Source of the DNA: an uncultured Thermoplasmata archaeon
GTDB taxonomy: Archaea > Thermoplasmatota > Thermoplasmata > Lutacidiplasmatales > UBA184
Direction of reading: 5' to 3'
Assembly (NCBI GenBank): GCA_963809035.1
Contig: CAWEHV010000002.1
Span: forward strand, 1,716,701-1,780,700
Length of the DNA stretch: 64,000 nt
The notes under the pieces: generated by a model
Databases searched by the model: none
Told to the model about the DNA's origin: nothing
What the model saw: the letters and a program-made list of their open reading frames with translations, nothing else
Shown here: one piece after another, positions 57,911-64,000 of the stretch
How the letters are laid out: the number at the start of each line of letters is the position of its first letter
Position numbering within the stretch: position 1 is the stretch's first letter
Translations under genes and position numbers: made by a program

Positions 57911-59086
57911 GTGGCTGCCCGGGCTAGTCAGACGATGAATGGAAATCCCCCTGGCCCACCTCACCCGTCTGCTACAGTCGTTCCCCCGACGATATCCCAT
58001 CCTGTAGCAAGGGATTCTCGCCTACGTCTGTTCTTTGCCTGGCCGGCTGGCCGCAACGACGGTTCGAAGCTCTCCCCGTGGTGGATCCTCGCCCCGCCGA
58101 TTGGAGTTGGACTCGGTGTAGTAGTAGTCTTTCTGATTTTGCACTACCAATTTGGCTATCACTTTAGTCCCGAGTTCATCAGCGTCATGGTATCCGCGGT
58201 CACCGTGTATTCCGCCTGGTCCGTAGTCAGAGGATCGATGGGGGTCCGCTGGGTATACACGGTTCTGGAAAAGACGCGAGAAGAGACGGAAAAGAGGAGG
58301 ATCTTGCACCTGTGGGTCTGCGAGTGGGCTGGTTTCATACTCGGACCAATTTCCCTAGCTGGTGCCGGGTACATTCACTTCTTCGGTCCCCGCAACGGGG
58401 TAACGCTCGCACTGGCGTCGCTCCTCCCGGCTGGAACGATTGTCTTTCTCGCCCTCTTCACTCGTTACTCAACACGCGCCTTCTCGGATGATGTGACACG
58501 CCAACTCGAGAAGACTGCACAACATTGGAAGGAACAAACGCAACACCTAGTCGATGCGACCGCAGCTTTGAGGCAGGTTGTGGAGCTGCAATCCGGGGCG
58601 ATGGATCTGACCCGCACGGGCGTTCGACTCAATGAAGAGCTACTCCAGCTCGAAAGAGAGAGGGAGAGACTCCGGATCGAGGGGCAGGAAGTCCAGCGAA
58701 GGCGACTCCAACCTCAGCTTGGGTTTTCGTTGGAGATTCCGAACGCGCTCATCAAGCACATGAACGTGTACGTTCACAATCGGGGAATGGATGGGCGCAA
58801 CCTAGTCTTGTACTTCGGGATTCCTCCAAACCAAGTCCTCCAGTACGTCGCACAGGGAATCACCCCACAGGAGGTGGCCCATGTTGACTTCCACGATATC
58901 GCGGAATGGCCGACAGATGCCAATCTCGCGATTACGTGCGAAATCTCGGACGTTCTCGGAAATCGGTATAGATACGTCACCTATCGAGAATATCATCGCA
59001 ACCTGTCGGGTGGCCTAATCCAGACGTCATCACCAACCGTCACACCCGCAGGGTGGATTTATCCAGATCCGTCTACGGTCACATGA
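57911..59086 (+). CDS. Hypothetical membrane protein (4 TM) with coiled-coil segment
   Basis: 391-aa ORF. TM helices 'WWILAPPIGVGLGVVVVFLIL', 'ISVMVSAVTVYSAW', 'AGFILGPISLAGAGYIHFF', 'LALASLLPAGTIVFLALF'. Confidence 0.4.
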   Translation: MAARASQTMNGNPPGPPHPSATVVPPTISHPVARDSRLRLFFAWPAGRNDGSKLSPWWILAPPIGVGLGVVVVFLILHYQFGYHFSPEFISVMVSAVTVYSAWSVVRGSMGVRWVYTVLEKTREETEKRRILHLWVCEWAGFILGPISLAGAGYIHFFGPRNGVTLALASLLPAGTIVFLALFTRYSTRAFSDDVTRQLEKTAQHWKEQTQHLVDATAALRQVVELQSGAMDLTRTGVRLNEELLQLERERERLRIEGQEVQRRRLQPQLGFSLEIPNALIKHMNVYVHNRGMDGRNLVLYFGIPPNQVLQYVAQGITPQEVAHVDFHDIAEWPTDANLAITCEISDVLGNRYRYVTYREYHRNLSGGLIQTSSPTVTPAGWIYPDPSTVT

Positions 59087-59308
59087 CAACCAATCCCGTC
59101 GCCTTCTGCAGACGAAGGATCAGATTGTTGGAAGCGAGGGGCTACAAGATGGGTGGATTCGAAGGTTAGGGGAGCGGTGGGTGACTGGAGGAGATTACGT
59201 GCAAGCTAGGTTGCACCTAACCTGCAGTCGGGGTGACGGGAGGCCGCTCCAGCCTCTCGTAGTCTAATCAAGTTTATTCGCACCGGAGGGGTTAATCCAG
59301 CACCGGAA

Positions 59309-60268
59309 ATGATCTCAGGGAACACGGACTCATCAGCCGCAAAGGCCCAGATATCCGCGATTCGGTTTCAAGCCGCTCAACTCCTCTCCACACTGACCCT
59401 ATCAGCCCAAGCCTCTGGCGGTGCCGGCGGAAACTTACTCATCAACCTAGGTATCCGGGAACTGGTTCCGCATGGTTGGAAGGGCACAAGTCGAAAGATA
59501 GTATCTGGGTTGGAACGCTCGAACAGGATCGCAGCGGGGGGGAGGATTCTTCAGCAAGTTGGGGCCCTCGTCAGTGAATCTAGGGCCTTCGCCGCCTCTC
59601 ACTCCATCGTCGATAACTCACTGCGGTCGGGCCCAAACTCCCAGAAACTGCTTCGAAAACTCGGCGCGGCTTTTGATCGCGGCAGTCCAACTTCCCGTTT
59701 GCACAACCTCATCGGGGCTCTGGACAGAATCTCCCTACTGGATTTGGTTACGAATCAGGAGGTGGTCCGAGTTCTACAGGAGCGCCGGTTCAAGCATGCT
59801 AGCCTGCGAGTAAGGAGAGAGGCTCCGGGGCTCGGGAAGATCCTGCAAGAACTTCCCGGGCCACAAGATTTGGCATACTATGAGGCTCGCCTAAGCGCCT
59901 TCAGAATCTCACCCGGCGTAAGCAAGTCGATTGACGGAGCCCTTGAGCGACTCAAACAAGGGGGACCAGACGGGTTCAGGCAGGGTGTCTCATCGATTAG
60001 GGTAGCCTTCGACAACTTGATCGTCGAGCTCACTCAAGAAGGCGACTGGAAGGTCGGACTGAGCCGACTCGTGGTATCAGAGGAAGAGCGGGGCGTGGCC
60101 AAGCAGTTTCACCACATGCTAAGCCGATCCGAGCACCCCGGGACAACTACCTCGAGAGAGGTCTTGCTGCTCACGCTCGAGCTTTTCGCCGTCCTCTCGA
60201 CACGGCTGGTCCAACTGCGAGGGTTGCAGGGGGTAGCCCAGAGTGGCAATTCCAAGGAGAATCGATAG
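59309..60268 (+). CDS. Hypothetical 319-aa protein
   Basis: Clean ORF. No motifs recognised. Confidence 0.35.
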   Translation: MISGNTDSSAAKAQISAIRFQAAQLLSTLTLSAQASGGAGGNLLINLGIRELVPHGWKGTSRKIVSGLERSNRIAAGGRILQQVGALVSESRAFAASHSIVDNSLRSGPNSQKLLRKLGAAFDRGSPTSRLHNLIGALDRISLLDLVTNQEVVRVLQERRFKHASLRVRREAPGLGKILQELPGPQDLAYYEARLSAFRISPGVSKSIDGALERLKQGGPDGFRQGVSSIRVAFDNLIVELTQEGDWKVGLSRLVVSEEERGVAKQFHHMLSRSEHPGTTTSREVLLLTLELFAVLSTRLVQLRGLQGVAQSGNSKENR

Positions 60269-60476
60269 CATCCCGGCTGTTCGAACAACCTTGAGGCCCG
60301 GCTGCTTGTTCTTCGCGAAAGTCTATGCAATGGACATCGCAGATTCTGAAGTTTTCAATGGCGTAGACCTCTCCAGCTGGCACACGAGAACAGGATGATG
60401 CCGCGCTGGCCAGGGCTCCCGAGGCCTAAGGAGCCACGCGTTACGGCGGGGCCCAGGCGTCGCTTAAGTTCGGCAA

Positions 60477-62567
60477 CTATCTGTTTAGGGAGACATCTTC
60501 GTCAGAGTCAAAATCCCTCTTGATTTGCTCCAATCTCGCCCTTTCTTCTTCTCCGGCGGCGTAGGCTTCGAGCGGTTGCCAAAGAGAGGGACTGATCTTT
60601 GCGAGTCCAAGCCGACGCTTCAACGATGGCCAATCCCACACGGTCCCCCATGGGACCAATCCGACGTATGCGACCGGGTCTATCGAACCGACCGTCGCAA
60701 CTACACCGGTGACTTTTCCCGACCCCTTGAGACCTAGCTCGTCATAGAGGATTCTTGGCGTGTTTGAGTTCGACTTGATGTCCTTTAGAAATCGCAATAC
60801 GATTCCGGCATTCCCCTTGGGATCCAGCTCTGACTGATTATTGACGGTCCACGGATCTGATCCCCGCTCCATCAGATGGGGCTTACACTCTATTAGGAAA
60901 ATCTCGGATTCCTTCCCGGGCCTGTACGCAATCACATCAACCTCCCTTCCCCCTTGCCACTTCAGAATCCGTCTGATGGCTACCACCTCGAGTCCCTCTC
61001 GTCGGACGAGCTCTGCGACTAGAAGCTCCGCCAGGACACCTCTGATTCCGCTTAGATTGTCCTCGAAACTCTGAACATCCGCCCTTAGTCGCTTGAGGGG
61101 GCCCGATTCAACATAATGCCGCAGTTTCTCTGTGTCAGGAAACACAAATTCCCTAACCTCCACATCTGATCCCGCACTGGAAATGAGGGACTCAATTACC
61201 TTCCAGACCTGGCCTCCGCCACCGGAATAGTCGGTCGCAGCCTCCAACAAAAGCCAGTACTCAGATGCATTGGACGCGATTGTCCCAAACCCGGGCATGA
61301 AGACTGCGTAACTGTACCCGTTTCCCGGTGTCGTTGGGTGCTTCAATCTTATCAGGCGAATCTTTCCTCCACCATTCCTTGCAATGACAAGGAGCCCAGT
61401 GAAGAGGGCGGTGAAGTAGTTCATCTGAACATATGGGTGCGAAGCTCCGACTCGTACAGGCCTCATCTCGAAAATCTCGTCGAGACGATCGCGGGAGGGC
61501 ACCTTGTCCGACTTCTGAACGACAAGCTCGGCAATTTCAAACGCAGGTATCTTACTCACAAGCTCAAACCTAATCCCACGTAGGATCGTCTTCTGAAGGC
61601 TGAGCTCGCCGAGCTTGGCCAGCGTAAGGTTGCCGACATTACCAAATTCGTTATCAAACTCATCGAAGGAAGTACTGACCCAAACTCGGCGAAAGAGTTC
61701 GAGGTAATGAGTAAATTCCAATGGGCCCAAAAGTTTCCACCAGAGGAAGATTACAGCGAACTTGAATCCCCCAAGTAACTCGCCTTCGCGATCGTTCCGC
61801 CCCCGGCGGCTCGCGCGGAGGCGATGCCTTGTCGTGGTCCCGCCAAATTCAGACCCGCTCCGGAAGAGTTCCGAGTAAGCCCACTCCACGGTCCGCTCAT
61901 CGTGGAACGTGACGTGGACAAAGTCTATGGTGGCCGTTGGTGCGAAGTCCTTCAGTGATAGCTCTTTAGCAGGCTCGCTTAGTCTCACGACGTAGTGACT
62001 CTCGAGCAGCCCGCTCATCGACTTGAGGTAGGGCGTGACGCGTTCGGCGGCCGCTTGCAGTTGTTCCCAAGAACCCGCCGATATCAGTTCGGTTCGAATC
62101 CACCAGACGTTCCTTATCAACTTCTCATGCTCAGAGTTACCTGATGGGATCAGAAAGCCTTCCTGGTTCCAGGTGAAGGCCATACCGATTCCTTCAACCG
62201 CCTCAACTCCGAAAGTCTCAGGCGAGGTGAATGCTTCCGAAAGAAGGGAATACACAGGGACGAGGATGCCCAGTTTATAGCCCAGTAACAATCTGTCGGG
62301 TGATTCGACAACTTCTCCCCACTCTTCGAGTTTTTCCCGGAGTTCGCTGCCCCCTTCAATGTCCAACAGGGTACCAATCGAGTGAAGCGCACCCAGGAGA
62401 GTCCGGATTGAGAACTGCCGGTTGAAGGTTTGCACGACGTCTGAATCGTCCGAGGAGCCCCCGGTTGCAGATTTCTTAGTCTTTCGTTTGGCCACGGTTT
62501 CAGCCTTGCAATTCCCCCGATCCCGTACTCGGTCATAGATACTCCGGTCGTGACAAACTGAGTCCAC
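60477..62567 (-). CDS. 696-aa protein with C-terminal PD-(D/E)xK-type nuclease-like motif
   Basis: 'GGREVDVIAYRPGKESEIFLIECKPH' gives D...E-x-K spacing typical of restriction-endonuclease-fold nucleases. Lower-GC gene. Confidence 0.45.
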   Translation of the reverse strand: MDSVCHDRSIYDRVRDRGNCKAETVAKRKTKKSATGGSSDDSDVVQTFNRQFSIRTLLGALHSIGTLLDIEGGSELREKLEEWGEVVESPDRLLLGYKLGILVPVYSLLSEAFTSPETFGVEAVEGIGMAFTWNQEGFLIPSGNSEHEKLIRNVWWIRTELISAGSWEQLQAAAERVTPYLKSMSGLLESHYVVRLSEPAKELSLKDFAPTATIDFVHVTFHDERTVEWAYSELFRSGSEFGGTTTRHRLRASRRGRNDREGELLGGFKFAVIFLWWKLLGPLEFTHYLELFRRVWVSTSFDEFDNEFGNVGNLTLAKLGELSLQKTILRGIRFELVSKIPAFEIAELVVQKSDKVPSRDRLDEIFEMRPVRVGASHPYVQMNYFTALFTGLLVIARNGGGKIRLIRLKHPTTPGNGYSYAVFMPGFGTIASNASEYWLLLEAATDYSGGGGQVWKVIESLISSAGSDVEVREFVFPDTEKLRHYVESGPLKRLRADVQSFEDNLSGIRGVLAELLVAELVRREGLEVVAIRRILKWQGGREVDVIAYRPGKESEIFLIECKPHLMERGSDPWTVNNQSELDPKGNAGIVLRFLKDIKSNSNTPRILYDELGLKGSGKVTGVVATVGSIDPVAYVGLVPWGTVWDWPSLKRRLGLAKISPSLWQPLEAYAAGEEERARLEQIKRDFDSDEDVSLNR

Positions 62568-62965
62568 TCCCGTTGACCACTCAGGAGGGGCCGCAGTTAA
62601 CAGATCGCAGATTGACGAGAATCTAGGCTATCGCCTGTGGTCAAAGTCTCCCTTCAACCCACTTTCAATCTCCGTGTCTCTGGAAAGGAATGTATCCGTC
62701 GATGCCGAAATCGAATCAATACCCGTCGCCTTCTCAGTCAGTACACTAGATCTCTGCAATCGATATGGAGGCAAGGCTTCTCGCACCGCAGTCTGACTGG
62801 CCAACCCGACCTCCGGTGGGTGCAAGGACCTTGCACCTGAGAACAATCAAACTGCGTGCGGGTGAGTTACTGGAGTCCTACGAGATTCGTTTGCCCACTC
62901 GTATGTCCGTTGGATGCGAGGTTGCCAGTCTAAGTAGGCGTGGGCTCTCCTAGGCGTGGAGCGGT

Positions 62966-63970
62966 TTGGGCTTGCTCGACGGTGGTCCAGGTCTCGCCCG
63001 CAGAGTTGATTGGACCACCCAAGAGTGGACGATTGCCTGGGACGCCTGTCCAAAGGAAAAGCAGAGCTATGGTCAAACAGACAGGAATGTCGTCGAAGTT
63101 GCCGATCTCATTGACCGGACGCCCTCGGCAGTCTCTCGCGCCTTTGGGAATCTTTGGGGAGCCAAGACAAATGGCAAGAAGGGGCTGCGAAACTTTGCAG
63201 GAGCGGCCCTCGCGGTTGTCGAGCAATACGGGACGGACTATGATTCACTTCACCGTGAGGCTGCCGGTTTCAGACGCGAGCTGGTCCGCGATTCCCTCAC
63301 CCCTCGGATTGACATCGAATCTCCCAATAACGAGGGCGTCTTACCTGACACCGAGATTCGTAGCGCATTGCGCCACCTCAGATTGACTCGCCCGTACTAC
63401 TTCATCTACCACAGGGTTGGGAGCCTGAGCCAGGGAATCGGGTTCGTTTCCGAACACTCGTTTGAGATTGGGGCCGGGCTCATTCAACTGGTTAAGTGGA
63501 TCGACGAACGAGTTCGGAGAAAGGAGCGAACCGTTCCTGAGGCGGAGGTAACCCGCAGCCGCGCCTGGGTTCGATTCCGCGAGGGGAAAGTAGAATCGGT
63601 CGAGGTGGAAACTCTACACAGACGACTTCCCAACTTTCACTCTAATGAACTGGGGGCTGAGGGTCGCGAACAGCTCGCCTCGTTTCTTGTATTCATCAAG
63701 GGACTTAGAGAGGTCAAGTCCTCAGACCAATCTGAGACCTCCCGCCCGAGACACGTGGCACGTGATCACAGTCGCAAAGTCAGAAGAATCACTAGGCTAT
63801 TGAGAGTCCCGGTGACACACCTTTGCCCGGACTGTATCGACCAACTCGATCGACTCCTTCGCCAGGCCGAATCCCCAGGGTTCCGCAAGGCGGTCCGCGA
63901 ATTTCGTCAACGCAAGCGGACAACTTCAGTCGTGGCCGGACAGCTCACCCTTGACTCCTGGGAACCGTAG
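62966..63970 (+). CDS. Hypothetical 334-aa protein
   Basis: ORF only. C-terminal 'CPDCIDQLDRL' could be half of a zinc ribbon. Confidence 0.3.
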   Translation: MGLLDGGPGLARRVDWTTQEWTIAWDACPKEKQSYGQTDRNVVEVADLIDRTPSAVSRAFGNLWGAKTNGKKGLRNFAGAALAVVEQYGTDYDSLHREAAGFRRELVRDSLTPRIDIESPNNEGVLPDTEIRSALRHLRLTRPYYFIYHRVGSLSQGIGFVSEHSFEIGAGLIQLVKWIDERVRRKERTVPEAEVTRSRAWVRFREGKVESVEVETLHRRLPNFHSNELGAEGREQLASFLVFIKGLREVKSSDQSETSRPRHVARDHSRKVRRITRLLRVPVTHLCPDCIDQLDRLLRQAESPGFRKAVREFRQRKRTTSVVAGQLTLDSWEP

Positions 63971-64000
63971 CAGGACCTTGCTTGCAGACGCCAACCGATA

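Noticed and set aside
1-64000. CRISPR arrays and rRNA genes
   Set aside because: No regularly spaced short direct repeats and no rRNA-like conserved stretches were seen anywhere in the window.

Overview
This reads as a GC-rich (~60%), probably archaeal, chromosomal window. The archaeal call rests on N-glycosylation-sequon-rich YVTN and Kelch beta-propeller surface proteins, an ArcTGT-like enzyme and ISH/IS1634-type transposases. The first ~3.9 kb is housekeeping: an IMPase-family phosphatase, purM, a SAM methyltransferase and a glyoxalase. The remaining ~60 kb looks like a mosaic accessory/defense region.

Main contents, left to right:
- A tyrosine integrase next to a tRNA-like att site with direct repeats, and a serine-recombinase fragment.
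- Giant surface proteins, plus two paralogous pectate-lyase-fold beta-helix proteins, one of them frameshifted.
- An IS630 element with an inverted partial copy, and an IS66 remnant.
- A lower-GC island carrying a radical-SAM/SPASM enzyme, an ABC exporter and a beta-lactamase-fold hydrolase, which looks like a RiPP-type cluster.
- A split SSV-type integrase remnant.
- The most interesting candidate: a minus-strand operon at 32765-43855 whose gene order matches a class-2 DISARM system (DrmE-like, DrmA-like helicase, DUF1998-like Cys-rich protein, DrmC-like PLD nuclease). In place of the DNA methyltransferase it ends with a TGT-fold (ArcTGT/DpdA-like) transglycosylase paralog. Its helicase gene is interrupted by an IS1634-like insertion.
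- Downstream, a vWA protein, a coiled-coil protein and a 1438-aa UvrD-like SF1 helicase with a long helical C-terminal extension.
- A ~2.4 kb element with ~190-bp near-perfect terminal inverted repeats carrying a HicB-like module.
- A 696-aa PD-(D/E)xK-domain protein.

Six dispersed tRNA-like segments (GGTTCGAATCC T-arm motif) sit at the borders of the mobile-element blocks. I could not fold any of them into a complete tRNA. No rRNA genes or CRISPR arrays were seen.
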